Source of the DNA: Piedraia hortae CBS 480.64
Taxonomy: Eukaryota
Reading direction: 5' to 3'
Assembly (NCBI GenBank): GCA_010093745.1
Contig: MU006004.1
Span: 1-64,000, forward strand
Length of the DNA stretch: 64,000 nt
The translations under genes and the position numbers were made by a program. The notes under the pieces are model-generated. The model saw only the letters and a list, made by a program, of their open reading frames with translations, had not been told where the DNA came from and did no database searches. Shown here piece by piece: positions 48,590 through 60,648 of the stretch (its first letter is position 1; the number at the start of each line of letters is the position of its first letter).

Positions 48590-50760
48590 ATCACGTATTG
48601 AAAAACTCTGCTTACAGATCAACTCTCGTCACTGTCCTACCCGCTTGTTTTTCAATACGTGATCTGTTCATGAGTGGTACTGACAACCCAACTCGGTCTT
48701 TACCCAGGCACACCCCTCCTTCTGGTATCCGACGAAGAATACTCGGACGACGACGAAGAGTACGAGGAACAAGAGGGACCTGACAAGATGGACGCAAAAC
48801 CTAACAGTTATGAGGTGTCTTCGGACGGAGGGCAGACCTTTTCCGGAAACGGCCGGGAACTGCCAGCCTTCCTAATGCATATACGTCTAAAAGAACTACT
48901 TGAAAGTGACTTACGGAACCAATCAATTAAGTGTGCTCATGTAGCTAACCAGTTACGGAGAGCAGCACAAACCTGGTTCGTTCGCACTGCGTCAGTACAA
49001 CCCATCCTGCTCCAGAAATGGAGTGCTTTGGAAACTGCCTTGGCCGACGTGTTCGGAGAGAGTGAGGAAGTTCGCCGTGGACAGGCAGAACTCCGTATCG
49101 CTACTCTCCTCCACACCTCCACGGTGTCTCATCTTATTGCGGAACTCGACGGTCTGGCGGACTAGCTGAACTGGCCCGCACAAGCGCGCCATGCAATGCT
49201 CTATCAGGCCCTTCGCCCCTCCCTCCGCGTCGCGCTTGTACACACGGGTACTACCTCTTGCAATGCACTCAAGGCACATGCGAAACGAATGGAGGGCTTG
49301 CTGCAAGTGGCCCAGGAATCTTCCCGGGACATGTACCGTCCTACCTGTCGAGGTAAAAAGAAGAAATCCAACACTACCTGCCATCGTTGCGGACGGCCTG
49401 GGCACGTCCAAAAGCAATGCTATGCCAAGGCAATGGCCGATGGTAAGACCCTCAACCGCATCACCGCATCGAGAGATGACGGGCGGTCGGGACGGCGCAC
49501 GGAAGTCAAGGTCGGCCAGCAAACCCGCCAGCAAACCTACCGGGCACTTTTAGGTACAGGAGCTGCCGTCAACTGTATCAAGGAGAGCATCGCGCCCGCA
49601 GACTGCCTACCATTCGACATCAACATCTCGGGACCAATAGGAATTCCCGTCGCACGCAACGCCCATCGAGTCATCATCAAAGTGGGCTCTAAGCCTACCA
49701 TGTGCTATATGGTTCCTGATTTGACTGAAGACTTTATCTTGGGCCTCCCATACATTTGACAAGAAGAATTAACAGAAGTCTGCCGCCTCACCACCACATC
49801 AATGCCCAAAAATGGTCGAAACCCACGCCCGCCAACTTCACAGGAGCAACACGCACTGGACACCACCTTGGACAAAGGCGCCCAACAAGGCTGGATTGTG
49901 CCATAGAAGGCCCAAGTCGCCCCGAACATACTGTTTGTACCTAAGCACTCAACCTTGAGAATGTGCGTCGATTACAGAGCCCTGAACGAGGTCACGGTAC
50001 CAGACGCATACAACATGCCCAATCTGCAAGACCTGCTGCAACGCGCTGATGCTTCCCAGGTATTCTCCCTCATCGATGTGGAGAACGCGTTTCATCACAT
50101 CCCAATGTCACCCATCTCGCGCAGCCACACCGCGTTCAAATCTACGCGGGGCACTTTCGAATACATGGTGATGCCCCTTGGTCTCCAAAATGGTCCCGCG
50201 GTTTTCCAACGATATGTTGACCATCTCTTTCGGCCTCACGCGACATACGCTTTCGCGTATTTGGACGATATTATGATACACTCCTCTACGCAGGATGACC
50301 ATTTCAAGCACGTTGCCCTCGTCAAACACACCCTCGCCGCAGCCCTTATTCACATCTCGTCCGCGATATCCATCTTCAACCAGTCCCAGATTAAGTACCT
50401 CGGCTACCACGTCGGTCACCAGACCATCAGTCCGGATACTGACCACTTCGCCCTGCCGTCGTGGCCTCCTCCAACTCGTAAAGTCGAGTTACAACAATTC
50501 CTCGGTACTATCAACTGGTTCCGTCCATTCATTCCGCGCCTCGCATCCCTGGCAGCCCCGCTGTGCCAGCTTACGGGAAACACCACGTTTCAGTGGACTT
50601 CGACGCATTACCATGCTTTCCGCGCCGTCATCGCTGCAGCCGCCGCGGCACAGCCGATTACATTGTTCGACGCTACCAAACCCCTTATCACACAGACGCA
50701 TCACTTTTCGGCACAGTTGCAGTCGCAACCCAATATACAAAGCGTTAGCTTGTTGCTCGT
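48590..50760 (+). mobile_element. Ty3/gypsy retrotransposon relic (gag-PR-RT-start of RNase H)
   Basis: CCHC knuckle CHRCGRPGHVQKQC, protease-like ALLGTGAAVNCI, RT motifs RMCVDYRALN / MPLGLQNGP / YLDDI, and frameshifted RNase H TDASLFG. One frame with stops at 49163, 49757 and 49904; no integrase. Confidence 0.92.
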
Positions 50761-51422
50761 TTGACTCCTATGTGGGTAGATAAAAACTACGGATAAGACA
50801 GTTGCCAGTGTTCAAGAAAAGTTGAAGAACTGGATTCTGTTACGAGAAATTGAGGAACTCAATTCACTCCATACTATGACTTACTATGAAGACTGGGCAA
50901 GCGAGGCAATCTGAGCTAAACCCTTTCGGGACGTGGAAAGGCTGTGGGGATCCCGCCTGGATATTGACGCGCATTGGTGGAAACTCGCTTCCCCACATTC
51001 AGAAAGTTTAGTTCGGATTGCCTCGTTTGCCACCGGCCAGTCTTTATCTAATTACAACTTCGCTCTCTTTATACACAACCTCACCACAAACTCACCACAG
51101 CCCCAAAATAACACCACATGTCTAAAACTCACACGCCTGAAATAGTCGAGCCTGTAAACCTGCGTAGGCAGGTGGCCGAGCAGCGGTCCCAGGGAGAAGT
51201 GCGTAGAGGCCGACGAGATTCGGAAGGCGTACGCTACGATTTCCATTCTAAGTCGTGGGCGAGCGACTAATAGTTCACAGACGGAGGCTAGTGAGAGACA
51301 CGCAGCACGTGCAAATGACATCTCGAACGTCTGCGCCATGCAGCGCGAGGCAAAATGGCACGCTTTCTTGTACGGGTCGAAGGTGGGCCTGGACGCCATC
51401 ATTCAGAAGCACATGGGTTCAT

Positions 51423-51798
51423 TGTTGGCATGAAGTCTCGTTGCTATCAGTGTACGATGCCACTGCGCGACACCTCTTACACCAGCAGCTGCCTGCTAGG
51501 TTTTGTCCTCACAGAGGTTTCCCTCAGGGTCATGTCGCATGCGACATGGTGAATGCGCCCTGCTACTGTTATGAGGTGAGTCATGGAGTAAGACTGCATG
51601 CTGACAGTCTTACTGCATGTATGACCACTTGCTTATGGTCATACAATTGATGACTCTTCATACGAGGCTACGCACGGGCCTTCCAGCCCAGAATATATTC
51701 TCTGATGTTCCCTCGAAGATATACTTGTATTCACTCATAAAACACATCTCTACTTTCCATCCATCGTTCTCACTCATACATACTATCTGTCTTCTTCA
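51423..51798 (+). mobile_element. Solo LTR, family 2 (copia-like TGTTG start), TSD TTCAT
   Basis: TGTTGG...CTTCA, 376 bp; TTCAT at 51418-51422 and 51799-51803. Removal restores a reading frame (KHMGSLSIDSEIFITCRRDCKK). Confidence 0.85.
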
Positions 51799-52241
51799 TT
51801 CATTGTCCATTGACTCAGAAATCTTTATCACCTGCCGACGAGACTGCAAAAAGGCGGTCAGTAACGTCAAGGCGTCGGTCCTCAAGGAGACCGTGTCATG
51901 GGTCAGAAGCACAAATACGTCCAGGACAAATCTGTCCATTCGCGCATGCAGCGCCACACGAGGCTACCACCGGAGGACTGATAGTCATCCACTGCTGTAC
52001 GTAGAATGCCACCTTCATGTCCCGAGTTTTCGCGAATCAATCCTGCGCGGCATCATCCTTCGACTGTGACGACGTTTCAACGTTGTGAACGGATGATACT
52101 GAGCTCCAGGCTATCCTCAGGGGTCAAATGACTTATAGCTAAGTGGGCAGCAGGCATGAGGTCATTGTGTTTGCTTTTGCACCTTTTCGCCAGTTTTATC
52201 AGAGACTCATAAATTACTCGTGGGATTTTTGGGCGAGGTTG

Positions 52242-52614
52242 GCCGCGAAACAGATGGTACGTGCGAGTGAGAACGATGGATGGAGGGTCGAGGGGTGTGT
52301 ATAAGTGAAAACAAGTATGTTTAGGAGGGGACATCATAGAATATATTCTGGGCTTGAAGGCCCGTGCGTAGCCTCATATGAAGCATCACCAATCGTATGA
52401 CCGTAAGCAAGTGGTCATACATGCAGTAAGACCGTCAGCATGAAGTCTTACTCCATCACTCATCTCAAACAAAAGCAGGCGCATTTACCATGTCGCATAC
52501 GACATGACCCTAAGGTAAACCTCTGTGAAGACAAAACCTAGCAGGCAGCTGCTGGTGTAAGAGGTGTCGCGTATTGGCATCGTACACTCATAGGAACGAG
52601 ACTTCATGCCAACA
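52242..52614 (-). mobile_element. Solo LTR, family 2, inverted copy, candidate TSD GGTTG
   Basis: Reverse complement aligns with 51423-51790; GGTTG at 52237-52241 and 52615-52619; terminal 8 bp at the left end diverged. Confidence 0.75.
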
Positions 52615-53144
52615 GGTTGTCCTTCTGCAGCGGTTGTTGTAAGTGCGGTTTGATGCAGCTTTGTGTCGAACACTTAGTCACGTATGTGGAGAGTCTGCTG
52701 GCCTTGGGCTTTGATGTTAGAAATTTATCTTTGGACAATAGTCTGCGGCATGCTGGCTCGCGAGTTTGATCCTCGGATGTAGATCTTGGTGTGGCGTGCG
52801 GCGCTCGCAGCCACGTCTCGTCCTGTGGAGACGGAAGGTGCGCTAGCCTTTTTGTGGCGTAATGCGCTTCAAGGATAACCGGCCGCTCCGGTTTCGCAGG
52901 CGGTTGTTTTTTGTTCACTGTCGTGCGACGTGCATATTTGGCGGTGTGGTTTCGTGTGACGTGACAACAAGGTGAAAGAAGATCTTTTAGGCATTTACGT
53001 GGAAAAGGCGTGGTCTTACCGCTGCGGATGGGGGTTGGTAGATGCATGGAGTGAACATGGGAGGTTGAGTGCTAGAAGAAAAAGTAAAATCAGCGGGATG
53101 GTGACTTTTTGTGTTCTTGGGTGGGTCGGCAGCGCGACTTATGA

Positions 53145-53459
53145 CTCTGAGGGTGGGGAGACATCTTTTCCCTCGAGAAGGTGAGTTAAATCTTATATGT
53201 GATAATTCCGCGGTGGGTTGAGCAAATTATTTGTGCGTGGAAACTTATTAACTTTGTACCGTAACTATCGATGACTGTGGATTTCGGCCGATGCGAGGAG
53301 AAGACCTGTGTGCCAAGGTTGCCCCAAGTTCCTCCGCGATCCCAATCGCATTCGCCGTGACGACGTACTGTGACGTGAGCATGCCCCAGGGAAACATTCT
53401 CAGTGAGGTCAAAACCCTGAAAATTCCGGTGCCCATCTATTTCGGGCAGACGTCTGACA
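53145..53459 (+). mobile_element. Highly eroded family-1 LTR
   Basis: AATCGCATTCGCCGTGACGACGT and CCCAGGGAAACATTCTCAGTGAGGTCAAAACCCTGAAA match the family-1 core; ends in TCTGACA; left boundary approximate. Confidence 0.5.
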
Positions 53460-53803
53460 TGTTTCACTTTTCAATATGTTAGCCGAAGCAGCAGGTGGTT
53501 CCGACGCAAAGGCGGCCGAATATTATCAGAACACAAGATTAAAGTGAGCAGTGCAGCCGTTCGGATGGCCCTTAAATTGATTCTGATGAACGCAAGGTGC
53601 TGGGAACTTTGATGATAACATCCTAATTTCACTCATTCCGTTAATCATGCATAGAGCTGTTTGGGCTGTCACTCTACAGTCATTTCACGCCAATGCCAAT
53701 GTTGTCCCGCTATTTCCATGAGTCGCCCTGTCCCACCCACAAATATAAATGCCTGTCATACCACTCATTTTTCTTTTCTGCATTGCATTGGACTCTGAAA
53801 GAA

Positions 53804-54487
53804 ATGGAACTCCGCACGTGCAAAGTTCCTTGCCAATTCCCTGACGAAATCAAGCTGATGATCCTCAAGAACCTCTGCCACGACCAGCTGACGTTGTTCT
53901 ACGTCACGTTGGCGTCAATGGAGTGGCTGCCGGCCGCCAACGAGGTTCTCTGGAGGTCAGTCGATTTGGGAATGTCGTTTCGCGGCGTGGAAAAATCCAA
54001 CCACAAACACTTGATGAAATATGTTCGGAGTGTTACTCTGCCGCTGAACACCGCCGAGTGCAGTGGCATGGAATTAAAAAAGTCTTATTTCCCACGCCTG
54101 GAGCATGTAAGACTCGACTTCCGCCGGAGAGAAGAATTTGAGTACCGCGATGAAAACTTGGACATGCTATTGGTTATTCCCGAACACATAAAGCACGTGA
54201 CCATCAGTGGCAGGGTTCGCTCGCTGGAAACCGTACAACTCTTGCTACACCGGTTGCAGCATCTCGAATACCTGGACCTCAGTCACTGCGATATTCCAGT
54301 GCAGCTTCTCTTGGCCCTGGCTTTCCTGGCGATCAAGGACAGGCCGTTCTTAACGGTTCACGCCAAACATTACCGAAACTTGTTGGAATGGCTGGCCCAG
54401 GACTCTATGACAACCCTAAGCTCCAAGGATATGTCTGAGATCGAAAAGCTCCAATGCGGCGACGCCAAAGTTACTTACTATTCCTGA
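53804..54487 (+). CDS. F-box-like protein, paralog of 257-1306 (short, possibly truncated)
   Basis: FPDEIKLMILKNL...EWLPAANEVLWRSVD...VTLPLN...FPRLEHVRLDF...LQHLEYLDL is colinear with the gene at 257. Confidence 0.7.
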   Translation: MELRTCKVPCQFPDEIKLMILKNLCHDQLTLFYVTLASMEWLPAANEVLWRSVDLGMSFRGVEKSNHKHLMKYVRSVTLPLNTAECSGMELKKSYFPRLEHVRLDFRRREEFEYRDENLDMLLVIPEHIKHVTISGRVRSLETVQLLLHRLQHLEYLDLSHCDIPVQLLLALAFLAIKDRPFLTVHAKHYRNLLEWLAQDSMTTLSSKDMSEIEKLQCGDAKVTYYS

Positions 54488-56099
54488 CAAGAGATGGTTA
54501 TTCATATGGGAATTATGCACTCTCATAGCACCATAAAATCTTAGTTACGGCTTATGATGCTGGAGATGTAGGGTAAGAATTTCTTCCAACGAAAACATAA
54601 TCTTGCAGATAGCACGTACACCTTCCGTTATAGATTCACATCCCTTTTGTTAAAAACTTCTCTTTGTCACAATACATGTAAATGTATCAGTGAAGTACAA
54701 TGTTCCTATACTCCTACGCCTTCTTAACGAAAACAATAGTTGAAATCGAATCTTGAAAAGTTCACCGCTTCTAACAAATGGTGTTGCAGCAGGTGATCTT
54801 ATGGCCTAATCTAGCCCTGTAAATATGCGGAAAGCTACATCGGGGAATTTTTGCGTAGCGAAAAGCACCTCCTATTAATGATGTCACTAAACTTTCACGA
54901 ACAGGGAGATGAAGCGCATTCATTGTTCCACTGGGCTGGATACGGAGATAAGGAGATGCTATCCTTTGGCGGAGTGAAATTTGCTTCTGTCAATCAAAGG
55001 CGTACTTCGGCAAGTAAAAATTATGTGTTCATGAAACCATGTACTTTGACTTGACATTGAGTACTTTGATAAGCGATGAAAGGATGCACAGGCTAATATC
55101 ACTGGAGAGATTGCATGCGTTAAAAACACAAGTACTTTAAGCACATATCATGTACCTACATGTCTCATTCGGGCGGACATTTGTTATTGTCCAAGTACCT
55201 ACTCGGACAATAATTAATCAATTGTCTCCGAAAATCGCGAGCCACGTCGATAACGCGCGCAGGCTCCTCGTGCAGCACTTAAGATGTCAAGGAAGGTGTC
55301 CTTGTGTAGCAATGCCCTTGTTATTGCGGCGAGGAAACAACCCGTCTAAGAAGTGCTTTGTATTATATTATTCCGGCTACAACTGTGTTTTGTCTGACTG
55401 CTTGGATTATTGCTCATAAGTTATTCTGTGGATATAGTGCTTTATGATTGTGTCACGGGCTAGCCCTTTTGTCCCATGGTTGTTCAATGGGTGTGGTTCA
55501 CCAGGCGCGCGCGTATCGCGTACGCACGCGTTTCCTGTGCAGGAGCTCATGAGTATATAGCAGGCCCTCTGGCACTCTATAGCTTTCATACGAGACAATA
55601 TCTTGCTCGAACCTGGGTCCGTGCACACCCCCAGTGCTTCCCTTCACATATTGCAAGAGAGCCAGATAGCTTTTTATATTGGCCTGTAACTATCAACGGG
55701 CGTGTGGATGTTTTTATACGCTTTATTTGTGCGTTGTGTCTGTGCGTCACGTTCGTAGACCGATATATAAAGTGGGCATGGTATACCCACTTCAGTCAAG
55801 CAAAAATTGAGCTAAAGGGATACAGTGCATGCCACTTAGTCGGGGAAGTAACAGGTATTTCCTTTCAACCTTCATTTTTGTAACATGGTATTGGACAAGC
55901 GAAAGAACCCCGGTGAAGTCTTCCCACTAGCGCACTCGTGTATACACAGATTCAAAGACTAATATGGGATATGAACTTCAGCAAGAAGACCAACAGGCAC
56001 AAAAAACCACCACCACTCATCCATACTAACCTTACTTACTACCCAACAACTCCCTTCCCTCGAGCCCTCGGCGCTCAAACCAACCAGCTCGACCTGCGC

Positions 56100-56505
56100 A
56101 CAAAATCAATCACGAACATCAAGCCCAACTCCATGACACCCCTAGGTTTATCCTCTGACTCCCCCCACCAAATCAAAGCATCCAACAACCTCTCTTATCA
56201 TCCAATCGATATAAGATATAAAACTCCAAATTCCTCAACAGAGCATCCAGGATCGCAATGGCGCGAATTTGTCTGTTTGTTGTTCTTTTTGCTGGTTTTT
56301 CACAGTTAGTTGGGAATTGAGCAAGGCGGAAGACGTACAGGAGTTTTCAGAGAATGTCGGTGGCTTCGTGTGGGCCGGTGCTGGGACGATTGGTGATGAG
56401 AGTGAGGAGGGTATCGAGCTGGCTGAGGTCATTTTCGGGGATGGAGAACTTGGTCCTCGCTATGATGACTGGTTAGAAAATGCGTGGTCGGGGGTGGAGG
56501 CGCAT
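56100..56505 (-). pseudogene. VHS-domain (Lsb5-like) gene relic
   Basis: ENDLSQLDTLLTLITNRPSTGPHEATDIL*KLL, an intron-like GTACGT..CTAAC..CAG, then RQIRAIAILDALLRN...ERLLDAL; resembles fungal Lsb5 VHS helices. Confidence 0.5.
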
Positions 56506-57559
56506 GGTGGGAGGTTAGTGGTTGGGTTTGGGATGTTTTGAGGGTCGGAAGTTGGGTGTGGGGAGGACGTTGTGGTTGAGGTTTACGGAGGGGCGCCACA
56601 TGGTGCAGCGGCGTGGTTGGAACATCAAACCTGGGTGTCGGGTCTCCTGTCGAATCATACTGTGGAGGCTCAAACTCCGAGGCGGCGGTTTTCTGAAAAA
56701 ATTTTTTGTGCGTGGATATAGGAATCAGGGCGTGGTTTTATGTGCACGGAACTATATACGATAGCCGCCACACCAGGCAATGATGTTCTAGCCGATGTCC
56801 TCAGCATGATTCAGAGAGTGATCGGGATTAAGCTCTTAAGGGATTACTAGCATGTATCGATATGGAAGCCGCTCCTTGATACTATCAATTATTAATCATG
56901 TTTGTCGCATTCTCGCCATTCTTTGCTGATGAGATACTTTCCATGTTTTCGAAAGGAAAGAGGAACAATGCACGGACCAGCTGTATTGTGTGGTCTGTTT
57001 CGAGGATAGGACAAGGGCCAAGTGTAGTATATGAGGTACCGAGGGAATAAGGTACGGACCACATGTTGTAAAATGGTCCGTGCGTTTTGCGTCCTTTTTA
57101 GTCCTGAATTTACTGCGTCAATCAAACCTCCTCCACAACAGCGTCTTGACACGAACGCGGCTCACACCTGCATTACCACGACCCCTTCAGAGACGAAAGT
57201 CCCAACTTTACTAACCTGATGCCAACATTAGAGTTACGCAAGAGGCAACCACGATCAACAAACGTGCAACACTGACACTCATTACCTGAGGGGCAGGATC
57301 GACCACGGGCTCTATCCAGCGGACAGATCCATTCAGATTGCGCAATGGCCTTCTGCCATTCAAGGTGCCACACGCTTTGCGCGAGCAGTGCATCGCGAAT
57401 CGGCTCTGCGTTGAGTACATATCCCCAGATCATTTCCGGATCGATTGCCCGATGTTCAGCATTTTCTCCCGAGTGCCAACACAACGGGCTCAAAAAACTA
57501 GACGCTTTCGGCAAGGTCGCGGCCGAAGGGCCGGATCAAGTGAGCATATACGTGGTAGC

Positions 57560-58575
57560 GGCGACACCTGTTCAGCATTCAGGACATTGCACAATCTCAG
57601 CCATGCTTGGCCTAGGGAATAAGAAGTTTATCGGCAACTGCTTGGTGGACTTGGGGGCGAAGCATGGCGTCTATATGGATTCCGCCCAAGTAGCGGAATT
57701 TGTGGACCTCATTGACTTTAGTGGTACCCGCAGCAAGACTGTTACCCATACTCTGCGGCCAGCTTTGACTATCATGGACCACCATGACCCTGCGGTTACA
57801 TGCCTGATAATTCCACTCCAGAGGCTTGGCCTTATCATCGACTATGACAAGCCCCTCGGAATGTCAGGGAGGTCGAATCCTTGATCGGTTTGTACACCTA
57901 CAACCGTCGATTTATAAAAAATTTCTCCGCAATAGCACTTCCACTTTACAGACTCACGCACAAGAATCAGCCTTTTACATGGAGTCCAGAAGAGCACGAG
58001 GCTTTCGTGAGACCTTGCGATCCGCCTTGACCACCTCCCCTGCCCTGGCCTACTTTGACCACAGTCTCGAAACAAGAGTTGAAACTGACGAATCCGACTA
58101 TTCAACGGGCGGTATCCTCTCACAAAAAGATGGCGATGACCAATTTCATCCAGTGGCCTCCTTCTCAGAAACGTTGGACCCTGTCGAATGTAATTACCCT
58201 GTGTTTGACAAAGAACCCCTCGCCGTCATCCAGGCATTGAACGAATGGCGACCGGAACTGTCCAGCCTTCATTAAGTGTTCAAGATACTCACAGATCATC
58301 GAGGCCTCGAACACTAGACCAAGGCGCAAAGCCTAGGTCATTGCCACGCTCGGTGGGCCGAGATTTTGAGCGAGTTTAATTTTTTCATTGACTATCTACC
58401 AGGCACATCAAATAGAGCCGCGGATGCGTTATCACGCCGACCGCAGAACCAGCCACTTGAGACGGATGACAGGAAGACGATGCTATACCGTGCACTACTC
58501 CGACCAGAACAACTAGTCCCGGCACCGATCATCGAACCCGCGGATAATCCACACGAAGCTAGGGGAGAAGCTTAA
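57560..58575 (+). mobile_element. Ty3/gypsy relic (protease-like plus RNase H; RT core missing)
   Basis: CLVDLGA protease-like motif; ETRVETDESDYSTGGILSQ, HPVASFS, NYPVFDKEPLA, ILTDHRGL, RWAEILSEFNF, NRAADALSRR. Confidence 0.85.
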
Positions 58576-58699
58576 GTCGCGGCAGTTCACGAACATGAAA
58601 CCTTGAACCCACGCACAATCCGAGAGTTGATAGAGATGAGCAATCGTGAGGAGCCATTCTATCGGAGAATTAGGAAAGGCAATGGTGTTTGAGGCACAT

Positions 58700-58910
58700 G
58701 TATGTTTTCTACGGGTGTGTATGTGTTCGTTGAGGTGATGTTGTGAGGTGAAGTGCGGAACTTCACTTCACGCTGACCCAGGTCTAGTCACATTCACCGA
58801 GACCACGTCGAAAAACAACGCACAGAGCATGAATGGCACAGTGCCTCGTTCCAGGGGAAATTTCGTCCTATGGAGGTAAAAACCCTGAGAAGCATCGACT
58901 TCTATCTAAG
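58700..58910 (+). mobile_element. Eroded/truncated family-1 LTR directly 3' of the gypsy relic
   Basis: GAGGTAAAAACCCTGAGAAGCATCGACTTCTATCTA and GCATGAATGGCACAGTG match the family-1 LTR; boundaries approximate. Confidence 0.7.
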
Positions 58911-60648
58911 CTTGCAGATTTAACCTGACTGAATACTATATGAGAGGGTTTACCGTCTCACACCTTCTTTCTGGTGCGATGTCGTTAATCGGCACTTCAC
59001 CGTCATGATGCGCATATCGACAGTATCTGTACAGCATCTTTGGCTGGTATCTCGGCCAGCGCACTTGACAGGATGACTTAGCAAGAACCGGCGCGCTCTT
59101 CGTTGAGCGCCGCTAGCTCTCGGATCGGCAATCACCAAACTGAGCGACTATATACCCCGAGGTCCAGTAGCTGTCGTACGAATCGCATGTCGTCTGCTTG
59201 GTATAAAAGGTGACTCTCAGATCAACTCGGCGGAAACGAGACTCAGATATCTTCCTATAATGACTTCTAGCTTCAATGACTATTTTCTGCCAACGTGACA
59301 CATCAGCAGCATGGGCCGCTCCGCCTATCGACTCCAACCCAACAACACTGCTTCACCCTCAGTCTGTCGTTGCCCGTCTTTATGGACACTATCGAACCTT
59401 CTCAATGTATTTATATAAATGAGAGCTGCAATAGCAACAGCAGCGGCGACAACAGACCACACTTCCAAGGCTGATTCAACAAACATCCTCAGAACCGTGC
59501 CACCAATCGTTACGCTATATATAACTGCAGAGTATACAAATCGGGATACATGGATACGATACGGAGCTTTGTCAAGATCATGCAGCCTCCATATCCAATG
59601 AATACTGTTTCGTGAGTATTTGCTATACGGAATTTTCCTTATATGGTCTTCGTTCTCGGGTCGAGGTATGGCACCAACACTTCTGAACAACACTACCTTA
59701 GAATGTAGGTGACTTTGGTTAAGGCTGATTGTTTTTGCGAATCTTTGGATCACTGGCTACCACACCCGAGGGCGTGATACGTGCCGGTGGAGCCCTGATC
59801 ATCGAAGGGCGATCTCCGAACATTCTGATACCTTCGACAGCTCTAGATTCAGGAATAGGGTGCTTGTAGGCACCACAAACATCTCCCACCAATATTCTCG
59901 TCTTTCCCAGGTTAATTGTCCGGTTGGCGGGCCGTAGTAACCGTGTGGAACGCCTTTGTCATTTCCTTGCATCGATGATGTCCTGGAGCGGACCTTGTAT
60001 CTCGGCGAATGATGCTATCCTCTTGCTGTTGAGAATTTCAAAAAATTATTGTCCATGGAATCAGCGCTCCTTTGACTAGATGATTGTCGAAGGTGGTTTT
60101 CAAGGATTTGGTGACTCTGAAATTGGTCCATGTGAGCCTAAAGACTCTCATCATCCTGGTAGCGCGTTTGCGTAATCGATCAGAGTAGATAATCCCGACA
60201 TCGCGACCAAAACGCTGCGTGATCTTGGTCTAGGTTTCGTTGGAGGAAGCCGATACAGAGATGAGGAGAAGGAAAGGTCCTGGTCCACAGGTATAGCATC
60301 ATGGTTGCCTTGGAGTCTTTCATCCCTAATTTTGAGTGTTGGAAAGATACGAGGGTTGGCTTTGTCTCTTCCCCTGACAGACCGAATCGAACTTGAAAGC
60401 GGTTGTCCGGGCATTCTTCCAGTTCTGAAAGAAGTCGCCCTCGTGTTTAGATCGGGAGTTTGCCGGGTTGAGGTCCATGGTATCGTGCTGGCGTGGACCG
60501 ATACCAGGTCTCACTCCACTTATCTTCTATATGTATATGGTGCAGTCTTCATATCCAAGCTTTTCATTGCCACCTCCGTATGCGAAGTCCGAATCCGGTG
60601 TACTTCTCCCTTTTGAAGTCTTTGTCACAACAGCAGGCCCAGAATTCG

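Noticed and set aside
55451..55691. Possible third solo LTR (TGTCACGGGC...GCCTGTAAC)
   Set aside because: Imperfect terminal inverted repeat, no TSD and no second copy in the window.
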